From Verrucomicrobiota bacterium (GTDB lineage Bacteria; Verrucomicrobiota; Verrucomicrobiia; Limisphaerales; CANJXF01), in NCBI GenBank assembly GCA_038214755.1, contig JBBQRQ010000133.1, positions 1 through 10,255 of the forward strand: a stretch of 10,255 bases of DNA, read 5' to 3'. Positions 1 to 9,000 of this stretch are shown here, piece after piece. Made by a program: the position numbers and the translations under genes. Each line of letters begins with the position of its first letter. Position 1 is the first letter of the stretch. The notes beneath the pieces are model-generated. The model did no database searches and was not told the origin of the DNA. It saw nothing but the letters and a program-made list of their open reading frames with translations.

Positions 1-1058
1 ATCTGTAGAATGGTGTAGAGACTGGAAGGCAGATGCAGACGCTTTTTCAAAATGGCGACGAGCAGGTAAACGGCGATGGCACTCCAGATTTGGGTGCGCA
101 CCGCGTTCTGGCTCGTGCCGTAAAAGGCTTTGATACGCAGATGTTGCTTGATCCATTTGAAGAACAGTTCGATCTGCCAACGGCCCTGATAGAGTTGTGC
201 GATGGTCCGTGCGGACACGGCGAAGTTGTTGGTCAGAAAGACCAGTGCTTTGCCGGTGTGCGGATCACGATAGCCGATGCGGCGCAACGCGGCGGGATAA
301 TGGTGCCGGGGGTAAAAGCCCGCCAGCATCACGGTCTGGTCAAAACGCAGGCCGGTGGTTTTGTCCACCGGGCGGGAGTAGCGGCGGACGCAGCGGAAGT
401 TTTTCTTGGCGCGGGTGACGAAGAAGGCCGAACACAAATGCAGACGATGCAAGCGTGCGAAATCCAGATAGCCGCGATCCATGATGTAGAATGAACCGGC
501 CTCCCAAGCGAGTTGATCGAGGATGTTCACGTCATGGACGCTGCCGGGCGTGATAATAATGACGGTGGGAAAGTTGCCTTGGAGCGTGAGCAACGTATGC
601 AGTTTGATGGCGGCCTTGTGTTGGCGGAACGTGGCCCACGGAAACAACGAGAGGCACAGGTCAATGGTGGTGGAGTCCAGCGCGTAGGCGGCGGCTGGGA
701 GTTCGCCCGCGAAGGGATCGTCGGCGTAAAGCGCGGTCGCCTGCTGGATGAGGACGTGGGCGAAGTCGGCGAAGATGCGCCAATCGCGATTTTCGTTGGC
801 GTCGGCGAGCGTGCTGCGCGCGGTGGGTTGGCGGATGCCGGAGTGATAAAGTTTCGAGCCAAAAGACGCCAGACAAGTTTCGATGTCGCGGAGACTTTCG
901 CGCCAGGTCAGTTGGGCGAAAGCCAGCACGAGAAACTGCTCGTAAGCGGGGAGTTTGCGGACGCGAAAATTGCCGTGGTAACGGGCGACACACTTGTCGA
1001 AATCGTATTTGGGCAGGAAGTCCAGGAGTTGGGCGAAGACGGTGCGACCTTCGTTCAT
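1..1058 (-). CDS. IS4-family transposase (DUF4372 N-terminal domain + DDE_Tnp_1), 3' end outside window
   Basis: Manual minus-strand translation from ATG at 1058: MNEGRTVFAQLLDFLPKYDFDKCVARYHGN...QLTWRESLRDIETCL...RSTLADANENRDWRIFADFA...ALDSTTIDLCL...KLH...HDV...YIMDRGYLDF...FLTNN...LYQGRWQIELFFKWIKQHLRIKAFYGTSQNAVRTQIW...LYTILQ. I found no internal stop. It has the DDE triad and the IS4 Y-(2)-R-(3)-E-(6)-K signature. It is probably missing from the ORF track because it has no stop codon in the window. Confidence 0.95.
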   Translation of the reverse strand, partial: MNEGRTVFAQLLDFLPKYDFDKCVARYHGNFRVRKLPAYEQFLVLAFAQLTWRESLRDIETCLASFGSKLYHSGIRQPTARSTLADANENRDWRIFADFAHVLIQQATALYADDPFAGELPAAAYALDSTTIDLCLSLFPWATFRQHKAAIKLHTLLTLQGNFPTVIIITPGSVHDVNILDQLAWEAGSFYIMDRGYLDFARLHRLHLCSAFFVTRAKKNFRCVRRYSRPVDKTTGLRFDQTVMLAGFYPRHHYPAALRRIGYRDPHTGKALVFLTNNFAVSARTIAQLYQGRWQIELFFKWIKQHLRIKAFYGTSQNAVRTQIWSAIAVYLLVAILKKRLHLPSSLYTILQ

Positions 1059-1181
1059 AAGTTGGAAAACCGGCAAAAGCCAGTGATCCACCCTCAAAGA
1101 GTCGTCGTGAAATTGAAATCGAAAAAAGCTATGACCGCAAAAGAACGCCCGTTTTATATGGGGAAAATTGCTGTCAGCCAA

Positions 1182-1201
1182 AACTTAACCGGACAGTAGT
1201 G
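1182..1201 (-). repeat. Terminal inverted repeat (left end) of the IS4-family element
   Basis: The minus strand reads CACTACTGTCCGGTTAAGTT: a 5'-CA start, upstream of the transposase, at the point of gene disruption. The partner IR is not in the window, so the length is approximate. Confidence 0.75.
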
Positions 1202-1857
1202 TAGCCATACCAATAACCGTTACCTGCTACCGAGCTTGCATTGTCCGTAGCTCTGGGTCCACCTCCCCGCCACGCGCTGTCCGCCATCAGTGGTGTCTCG
1301 GTCGGACGGAGCGCAGCGCTCAGTTTGCGCCAGTGATTTTCCGGCTCACGATTCTGAAGATCTCCAGAGGTATAAGAAGGCGACGGGTTATAAATCCAGC
1401 AGTTTATCCCATAGCTGCCGCGAATTTTGCGGTTAGGATGGGCCGGTGGCGCTTCGGGATCGGTTGGGGGAAAAATAAAAGAAGTGGTAGGTCCGCCGTA
1501 GTCCGCGGCAATATCGTCAATGCCCACCCGTATCTCTGGCGTTCCGTTGGCCGCAGACCCGCGTCGATGGTCGGCCGCGGTTGGACAGAGCAACAGATAA
1601 GGCTTCTTCTGGTAATAGTTCTGCAATACATAAGCCCACTCGCCGCGTTCCCAAGTGACATCCTTGCCACCGCTGAACGATCCGTTGAAGTCATCCGTAT
1701 AAAGAGTCCACATGATACTCCATTGCCTTAGGTTGGATTTGCATTGGGCTGACTGCGCCTTTTGTTTGGCCTTGGCCAAGGCCGGCAACAATAGCCCCGC
1801 CAGAATCGCGATGATGGCAATGACTACCAACAATTCAATCAAGGTAAAGGCCTGTTT

Positions 1858-1907
1858 AAATCCGAAGGTCGAAATCCGAAGCCCGAAAGAAATCCGAAGT
1901 CCAAAGA
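1858..1907 (+). repeat. Degenerate short tandem repeat (heptamer-like TCCGAAG/CGAAA units) in the prepilin leader region
   Basis: AAATCCGAAG occurs at 1858, 1872 and 1890. It translates on the minus strand as [16 protein letters not shown]. Confidence 0.8.
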
Positions 1908-1979
1908 ACGAAGAACCGGTGGAGCGGTCAAGTCGCGCGAAAAGGTTTTCAGCTTTCATACAGCCAGACAACTTTCGTA

Positions 1980-3131
1980 TTAGTCCCTCAGGCGGAAAAA
2001 TTGTTGGCTGGCCGCGCTGACGCTATTGGTGTAAGGACTCGTGGCCCCCGAGATAGTCGAGTAAGCCCCTGCCACATTCGTCGCTGATTGCAGGAGGAAT
2101 GTTCCGCTCCAACTCAGGACAATGTTGGTTCCGCTGCGCGCAACGAAAAGGATTGGTTGAGCTATGGCTCCAATCGGACCAAAACGCATTCCACGGAAGA
2201 CCTGATTCACACCCGCGTTGGCCAGGGTTGTGCCGGTGGAAGATAGGCCGGTATCGACAATTCTAACGATGCGATTGTTCTCTGACTCAGGAGTGACCGC
2301 GCAGACGACCGGATTAGTCCCACTAAAATCTGCCGTGACATATCGCGCTCCGCTGGCAAGAGCGCCTGTCAACGCATAGGTCAAGGTCCAGTTCGCACCG
2401 TCGAATTGATAGCGCAGGACGCCTCCGCCCGTGGCCGAGGAACGGTCATCCGCCACGTAGATTAAATTTCCGTCGGGACTTACTTCCATGTCAGCGGTGC
2501 CGGTGCCATTGGCAAACAATTGGGTGGCGGGCGCGCCGGATGTAGGCAGTCCGTCTATACGAAAGATACCATCAGAACCCGCGACGGCGGCGGCGAAATA
2601 AATATTCCCGTTAAAAACAGACATAGACCGAATGTTGCTGATCAAACTTGAAATCGGACCCTCGGGCGCGGTGAAACCAAAGTAATAAACTCCTCCCTTG
2701 TTGGCGCAACCAAAGAAGTTATTCGTTCCATCAGTTACTGCTGCGCGAAAAGCCCCTTGCGAGTAAATGGTAGCGACACTGGAAACAGCCAACGTATATT
2801 GGCCCTGTGCATTGATAACTCCAACGCCGCGCGGAACGGCGGACGAAGGAGCGCTGCCCAAACTCGCTCCATAGGTCAAGTTAGTATTGTAGCCCGCAAC
2901 GACCATCAGACGCCCGTCCAGGGAACGCGTCAGTCCGCTGTCGGTTATGTTGCCCGTCGTGCCTTGAACGTTGGGCGTTCCGATGGCGATAATGCTGGAG
3001 GATCCGTCCTCAGGGATGCTGACCGTATTCACATAACTTCCGTTCGTGGCGAATTGATCGAGATACATGGAATTTCCGTTCAGGCTTAAAGCTTGCGCGC
3101 CATCACCGAGGCGACAGGTCGATTCCACCAA
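1980..3131 (-). CDS. Putative extracellular beta-rich/propeller-like protein with a C-terminal 'W...LQS...QQFFRL' module; probably N-terminally truncated
   Basis: 383-aa ORF rich in G/S/T/N/A, with [28 protein letters not shown] and YVADDR..GGGVLRY motifs. The last ~58 aa are [32 protein letters not shown]...SPYTN...QQFFRLRD. It has a weak TTG start, no signal peptide and an in-frame TAA a few codons upstream. Confidence 0.75.
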   Translation of the reverse strand: MVESTCRLGDGAQALSLNGNSMYLDQFATNGSYVNTVSIPEDGSSSIIAIGTPNVQGTTGNITDSGLTRSLDGRLMVVAGYNTNLTYGASLGSAPSSAVPRGVGVINAQGQYTLAVSSVATIYSQGAFRAAVTDGTNNFFGCANKGGVYYFGFTAPEGPISSLISNIRSMSVFNGNIYFAAAVAGSDGIFRIDGLPTSGAPATQLFANGTGTADMEVSPDGNLIYVADDRSSATGGGVLRYQFDGANWTLTYALTGALASGARYVTADFSGTNPVVCAVTPESENNRIVRIVDTGLSSTGTTLANAGVNQVFRGMRFGPIGAIAQPILFVARSGTNIVLSWSGTFLLQSATNVAGAYSTISGATSPYTNSVSAASQQFFRLRD

Positions 3132-3204
3132 TGCGCAATATATCTTTTACGGTCCCGGTTCGGATGGTGGTAATATTTCTGAACTAGGTTTGAATTTTCC
3201 AGTT

Positions 3205-5859
3205 CTAATCATCATCCACCACAGTTATAGCCCAGATCGGGTAAGGCGCTTGAGAACCTTTTTGGGCTTGCCAGATAATACGGTTAAGCAGGTCTTCCGG
3301 GCAACGGTCTGGTTCCGCCAAAGGCAATCTCGCCGAGGCTAAAGCATAGCGGCGTTGTGGGTTGTCCCTGATGGCGCGAGGAGCGGGATTCATCTGGTCG
3401 AGTGGGATGAGGTTAGGTGTCACATCATAGGGAGTAAGGTCAGGTTCGTTTTGAAAGCACGCGAACATGGGTGTAGCGGATGCATCCATCTGATTCATCG
3501 GCGGCAGGCCGAGGATGAGTTCCATGGTTCGCATCAGACTGGTTTGATTGTAGTTGTTACTAATGACCGCATGTCGCTTCGTATAAGGACTGACGACGTA
3601 GGCGGTAGTTCGATATCCGCTGACATGGTCCCAACCCATCTGCGGATCGTCCTCGATGGCCAGGATGCAAGTGTCCTTCCAAAATTTGCTGTGACTGATC
3701 GCATCGACAATTTGGCCAAAGGCGAGGTCATTGTCCGCCACCATGGCGGCTGGAGTGGGGGAGTCGGCGCGAGTGCCAGTGGTATGGTCATTGGGCAGAC
3801 AGATGAAACTGAGTTGTGGCAGGTCGCCTTTGACTTCAAACTGTCGCAGCTCCTTGATGAATTGCGCGGCGCGAAAGATGTCGGGTATGGCAAGGTTCCA
3901 GCCAATGGTATTGGTCATCAGATGTGGACGGAGCGACTCTATGGCGGGAACACAACCAATCTCTATCTCGCCGGTCTGGTTGATGAAGTCTTTGTAGAAA
4001 TCTTGAAACCGGGGCGCCTTCCGTCCTTTTGGTTCTTTCCAACTGGCATGGCCAATGGTGTATTCGCCGTAGTCGCGAAAAGTTTTGTTGTGAGCGAGCG
4101 CATTATCCCAAATGAATCCGCCCGGAGAATAGACCAGCGCATCGACACCATTGTCAGTCATGCCATGCGTGTAACTGCGAGGAAAACCGGCGAACGACTT
4201 CTCCATGTAGTCAGTGGCGAAAGCGGTATCGGTCCATTGATGGCCGTCGGCGCTAAGAATGCCGGAGCAATAGGTGTTATCCAGAAGAATAAAGTCTCGA
4301 ACCATTTTGTGTTGGTTGGGAGTTACTTTTTCGCCGAAGACGCATAGGTCTGGATCGCCGTTGCCTTCTTTGACGTCACCGAGGACTTGATCGTAGGTGC
4401 GATTCTCCTTGATGATATAAACCACATGCTTGAAGACCGATGGTTCTCCTACTCTTTCCGGGATAGGCTGGGGAGAACGACCAATGCGCGCCGGTTTTTT
4501 GGCTTCTTGCATTATGGTATCGCGATAGTTGTCGAGCACCACCTGGGTGTGCCGGGCAAGTTCTTTTTTAGTAGGAATAGGAATGAATGAAAGCGTGCCG
4601 ACATGTTGATGGCTGTTATACTTGGTCTGGTCAGCAGGAAGAGTTCCTTTGATATTGGCGATATAAAGGGAAGAACGTTTTGCACCGTGCACGATAGCGC
4701 CTGGGAACCAACCGGTGGGGATTAAACCCAGTAACCTGGATTTACCAGGACGAAAGGAAACGACCGCCACCGCATTTTGACTACCATTGCAGACATAGAT
4801 GGCCTTGCCGCTGGCATCGAACGTTAGAGCATTGGGACTGGCGCCAAAAACGTCGTTCACATGCCAGCGCAAGGAGATAGTTTCAACGACTTGATCCTTG
4901 CGAGAATCGATGACGCTGACGGTATCGCTTCCGGCATTGGCCACGCATAGGTAGCGACTATCTGGACTAATCTTCATGGCGCAGGAATGAAGACCAACGA
5001 TGATGTCAGTCACGGTATGTCCAGTAGCAAGGTCTATGACGGAAATTGAACCTTCGTTGGCAATGAAGCGGACTGGATCAACCCGCACCAGAGTTCCTCG
5101 ACCTGCGGGTCCCGTTATACTATGGACATCAGGGCGGCGTCCACCCCAGTTACTCACATAGGCTTTGTTGCCAATGATAACAACATCGTACGGAGCTACA
5201 CCTGCCTCGAAGGAGCGTAACGGCTTGCCTGATGGAAGGTCCATTTCAAGAAGGCGGTTGGATAGGTTCAGTGCAACATAAAGTTTACGGCCATCCTTCG
5301 AGAGAACTAATCCTGCCGGTATCTCTTTCTTTCGCCCCGGCGCGCTTGCCTCGGGTAGAGAAAAAGAACCGTTAGCTATAACTTGATGATCTTTGCTAAC
5401 CGAAAAAATTTTGATGCTACCATTAACATCTGAGAGAAAGAGGCGTGAGCCATCTGGCGAAAAAATCAGGCCGGTATAACTAACCTGGGCGGCCGTATCG
5501 GGATGCAGGATTTGAGGAGAAACAACATCTGCCTCCTGGGTTTGGGCTTCGCGCGGGAGTGGAACGCGCTGGAGAACCGTGCCCTTCGTCGGATCAATGA
5601 CGACCAGTTCGTGAGTCGTGCCGGAAGTAACCAATACTTGTCCATCCGGACTAAGAGCCAGCACCTGTGGACGCATACCCGGTAACTCCAACTGACGGCC
5701 CGCCGGTGTCAGCATTCGATTAACCGGTGTCTGCACGAGGCTCGAATTAACACGTCCTACTTTCTGGAGGTCTTGCGGCGCAGCGAAAACCTGGGTGCCA
5801 GCAAACAGGCCAATTGTAATCAGGCCAGCCAGTGAGCGGAAAATTTTTCTATCATTCAT
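3205..5859 (-). CDS. Secreted bifunctional YncE/YVTN beta-propeller + phosphoesterase (alkaline phosphatase superfamily) protein
   Basis: 884 aa with a Sec signal MNDRKIFRSLAGLITIGLFAGTQVFA|A. Propeller blades: LSPDGQVLV, FSPDGSRLFLSD, SKDGRKLYVALN, SPDSRYLCVANAGSDTVSVID. Catalytic-domain motifs: HVVYIIKENRTYDQVLGD, SADGHQW, LPNDHT, EDDPQMGWDHV. Confidence 0.92.
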   Translation of the reverse strand: MNDRKIFRSLAGLITIGLFAGTQVFAAPQDLQKVGRVNSSLVQTPVNRMLTPAGRQLELPGMRPQVLALSPDGQVLVTSGTTHELVVIDPTKGTVLQRVPLPREAQTQEADVVSPQILHPDTAAQVSYTGLIFSPDGSRLFLSDVNGSIKIFSVSKDHQVIANGSFSLPEASAPGRKKEIPAGLVLSKDGRKLYVALNLSNRLLEMDLPSGKPLRSFEAGVAPYDVVIIGNKAYVSNWGGRRPDVHSITGPAGRGTLVRVDPVRFIANEGSISVIDLATGHTVTDIIVGLHSCAMKISPDSRYLCVANAGSDTVSVIDSRKDQVVETISLRWHVNDVFGASPNALTFDASGKAIYVCNGSQNAVAVVSFRPGKSRLLGLIPTGWFPGAIVHGAKRSSLYIANIKGTLPADQTKYNSHQHVGTLSFIPIPTKKELARHTQVVLDNYRDTIMQEAKKPARIGRSPQPIPERVGEPSVFKHVVYIIKENRTYDQVLGDVKEGNGDPDLCVFGEKVTPNQHKMVRDFILLDNTYCSGILSADGHQWTDTAFATDYMEKSFAGFPRSYTHGMTDNGVDALVYSPGGFIWDNALAHNKTFRDYGEYTIGHASWKEPKGRKAPRFQDFYKDFINQTGEIEIGCVPAIESLRPHLMTNTIGWNLAIPDIFRAAQFIKELRQFEVKGDLPQLSFICLPNDHTTGTRADSPTPAAMVADNDLAFGQIVDAISHSKFWKDTCILAIEDDPQMGWDHVSGYRTTAYVVSPYTKRHAVISNNYNQTSLMRTMELILGLPPMNQMDASATPMFACFQNEPDLTPYDVTPNLIPLDQMNPAPRAIRDNPQRRYALASARLPLAEPDRCPEDLLNRIIWQAQKGSQAPYPIWAITVVDDD

Positions 5860-6023
5860 GCAAGGAGTTCAGAGGAACTTGGCTTCATAGGTAGGCTTTG
5901 CAGAATGGAGTTTTCCAAATTGGCTCCCTTGTCCATTCCATAGATCAAACTTAGAATTGTTTTGGGTTCTGCGAGGAGAAACGGGAATTATCAGATCGCT
6001 TAAGATTTCTTCCGCGTCCCAGA

Positions 6024-6063
6024 CAACGCAGCCTTGCGTTGCTTGGTCCGCAAAAGTTAAAGT
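6024..6063 (+). promoter_or_regulatory. Candidate sigma70-type promoter of the RM gene, with an overlapping palindrome
   Basis: TTGCGT (6034-6039), 18-nt spacer, TAAAGT (6058-6063), ending 8 nt before ATG 6072. The perfect inverted repeat CAACGCA-gcct-TGCGTTG (6024-6041) overlaps the -35 box. This is motif inspection only. Confidence 0.4.
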
Positions 6064-6071
6064 TCCTTTCG

Positions 6072-9000
6072 ATGTCACAATCAAACTTCGATACGGCATT
6101 GGCAAGAGTAAAAGAATTGGTTGCTGATTTCCGCGCGAACGAAAATTTCTATCTCTCCCCAGCCTATCAGGAACAAGAAGCGCGGCGCGATTTTATCGAC
6201 AAGTTTTGGATGGCGCTTGGCTGGGATATAAACCACGACACGCAAAAAAATCCTTACGAACAGGAAGTCAAAGTTGAACGGAAAGAACACGGCGTTTCTC
6301 AGCGCAGAGCCGACTACGCTTTTTATCTCATGCCGAATTATCGCGACGTAAAATTTTATGTCGAAGCGAAAAAGCCGCATGGCGACATTGCGACCGCTGA
6401 CAATTATTTTCAGACCGTTCGCTATGGATGGAACAGCCAAACGCCGATTGCTGTCCTGAATGATTTTGAACAATTCGAGATTGTCGATTGCCGTTTTGAA
6501 GCCAACATAGACACAGCCCTTTCCCGAAACATCCGCAAGTTTCATTTTAGCGATTACGAAAATGCAGGAAAGTTTGCTGAAATTTATTGGCTCTTTTCTC
6601 GCGAAGCCGTTGCCAGCAATTCAATCGAAAAATTCGTTGCTACTCTTCCCAGAAAGTTACCTAAAAACGCTCAACCGGGTGACGTAGATGAAAAGTTTTT
6701 AAAAGAACTGGACGAACATCGCGAACACCTTGCTCGCGCTTTTAAAAATCAGAATCCAGATTTAGAGGGTGAATGTTTAACGGAGCTTACGCAACGCACT
6801 TTAGACCGTCTCGTTTTTCTTCGCTTCTTAGAAGACAAAGCGATTGAGCCGCAAAATCGCATTGCGCACTTTGGGGAGAAAGGGACAGCGTGGCAGGATT
6901 TCATTGCCGAATCTCGGCGCCTGGACGGAATTTACAACGGCATTGTTTACAAGAAACATGGCATTCTTGATTCGCCTGATTTCAAAATTGCCGAAAAAGA
7001 CTTTGCCGAAATTTGCGGACGGTTTTCCCATAAGAATTCGCCCTACGATTTCAACGCCATTCCGATTCATATTCTCGGCAGCATTTACGAACGGTTTCTT
7101 GGCAAAGTCATAACCACCACTGACAAACGCGCCAAAGTTGAAGAAAAACCGGAAGTGCGCAAAGCAGGCGGAGTTTATTACACGCCTGACTACATCGTTC
7201 GTTACATTGTCGAAAATACGGTTGGCAAATTGATTGAAGGAAAAACACCGGCGCAGATTTCCGAAATGCGTTTCGCGGACATCGCTTGCGGCAGCGGTTC
7301 GTTTCTTCTTGGTGTTTACGATTATCTGCTTCGCTATCACACCAAGTATTACACGGAGAACCGCAGTAAGATGAAAAGCAGCAAAGGAAAAAAAGCGGAC
7401 AAAGCCGATTGCGTGGAACGCGAAGACGGTTTGCATTTAACGCTCGAAAAGAAGCGCGACATTTTGCAGAACAACATTTACGGCGTGGATATTGACGCGC
7501 AAGCCGTGGAAGTCGCGCAACTCTCGCTTTACCTAAAATTGCTGCAAGACGAAACGCCCGCTTCCGCTCGCCAATATTATTTGGATTTTGAGCAACAAGC
7601 CCTTTTGCCTTCACTCAGTAAAAACATCGTGTGCGGCAATTCGTTAATCGGAACCGATATTTTGGACGGGCAACTTTTCGAGCGGACGGAGGAACGGAAA
7701 CTGAACCCGATGAATTTTGAAGATGCGTTCCCGCAAATCTTCAAACGCAAACCGTGGGGAGAATTGCGCGAGACCGCGTCACCGATGGACTTCGATATGC
7801 CGGGCGTGCCGCTGCACGGGAGTTTCAGTTACAAGAAAATGAAAAACGCGCCGAGCCTGAAAGTTTCGCCGCCGCCAGTTGAACCGGAATTTGAAGGCGG
7901 CTTTGATGCGATAGTTGGGAATCCGCCTTATGTGCGTCCGCACAACCTAGACGCGATTACCAAACAATATTTTTGGAAGCATTATCCAACATTCACCCAC
8001 AAATCAGACCTCTATTGTTGTTTCATGGAAAAGGCCACCGCCTTACTGAAACCGGGAGGAAGATTCAGCTATATCGTTTCGCAGGGCTGGTTGCGCTTAA
8101 ATAGCTTTCAGGAATTGCGGCGTTTCATTTTGGGAAATCATCGTGTTATCGAACTGATCGAACTCCCTTACAACGTTTTCACAGAGGCACAGGTTTCGAC
8201 AGGAATGTTTGTTTTTGAAAAAGGGAAAGCCGATAAAACGCACGCAATGGCAATTCTTCGCGCCAGACAAATTCATGGCGGTGCTGAGTTCGAAACGTTG
8301 AGAAAAATTCCGCAGCAAACTTTTCTCACAACGTTTCAAAACGTTTTCGACATTAGCATTTCTCCCGAAACGGAAGCGGTCAAAGACAAGATGCGGCTTG
8401 GAACTGTAATAGGCGAAAATTTCGACATTTGCTTTGGACTCAAAACCGCCGCCGACGATAAATTTCTTCATCATTCCGAAGGGTTGCATCGGGAAGATAA
8501 ACCACTGTTGAGAGGAGACGACGTAAAACGTTACGAAACCAAATACAAAGGCGAATTCGTTTGGTATGTCCCTCAAAAAATGCGAGCGAATAAAACAACG
8601 GCTCGTCCGGGCGAGCCGCGCAGATTTGAACAACCAAAAATCTTAGTTAAAGATACATCCACAGATTTCGCCTGCACTTACGATGCAGAAAAGTTTTACG
8701 TCAAAGACGTTTTGATCGTAATTCCCAAAACAGACGAGCCATGTCAATTCGATCTCAGGTTCGTCGCTGCTTGTATTAATTCAAAAGCATTGCATTTTTA
8801 CTATCGAACGACTTTTCAAACGCTGCATGTCCAAAGTGAAGAGCTTGCAAGTCTTCCCTTGCCCAAAATTGAATTCAGTAAGGCGAATGATGAACAACGC
8901 CACGACCGCATGGTTCAAATGGTCGAGCAAATGTTAGAAGCCAGGAAATGTCTGGCGAGTGCGCAAACCGACAAAGACAAAACCTATTTTGAAAACAAAT

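Larger units (their letters stand above)
1..1201 (-). mobile_element. IS4-family insertion sequence (IS4Sa-like), partial; the other end lies beyond position 1
   Basis: Minus-strand transposase ORF 1058->1, preceded by a ~143-bp leader. The minus-strand terminus CACTACTGTCCGGTTAAGTT starts at 1201, exactly where the neighbouring prepilin-type gene stops looking native. Confidence 0.9.
1174..1959 (-). pseudogene. Prepilin-type N-terminal cleavage/methylation domain protein (PVC pseudopilin-like family), C-terminally truncated by the IS4 insertion
   Basis: ATG at 1959 (MKAENLF...), then the class III signal [44 protein letters not shown], followed by LLLCP, SYGIN and TPLMADS motifs. Native sequence ends at ...GNGYWYGY (~1202); the last residues TTVRLSFG* are read from the IS end. 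The usual C-terminal H-X9-DG motif is absent. Confidence 0.85.

Noticed and set aside
33..1199. Plus-strand ORFs 33..494 and 513..1199 (same frame, one stop between them)
   Set aside because: They are codon-aligned antisense shadows of the IS4 transposase, which carries all the recognisable motifs on the minus strand.
1858..1907. Repeat considered as a CRISPR array
   Set aside because: The units are 10 nt with 4-8 nt gaps, far too short, and there are no cas genes.
3355..4347. 330-aa plus-strand ORF and other short ORFs inside the phosphoesterase gene
   Set aside because: They are antisense or alternate-frame shadows of a well-supported gene and show no motifs.
5869..6105. 78-aa minus-strand ORF as a possible RM controller protein
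   Set aside because: It has no helix-turn-helix pattern and overlaps the RM start and the divergent promoter region.
6081..8637. Several minus-strand ORFs (154, 202, 168, 178 and 65 aa) within the RM gene
   Set aside because: They are antisense shadows with Phe-rich composition that mirrors the Lys/Glu codons of the real gene.
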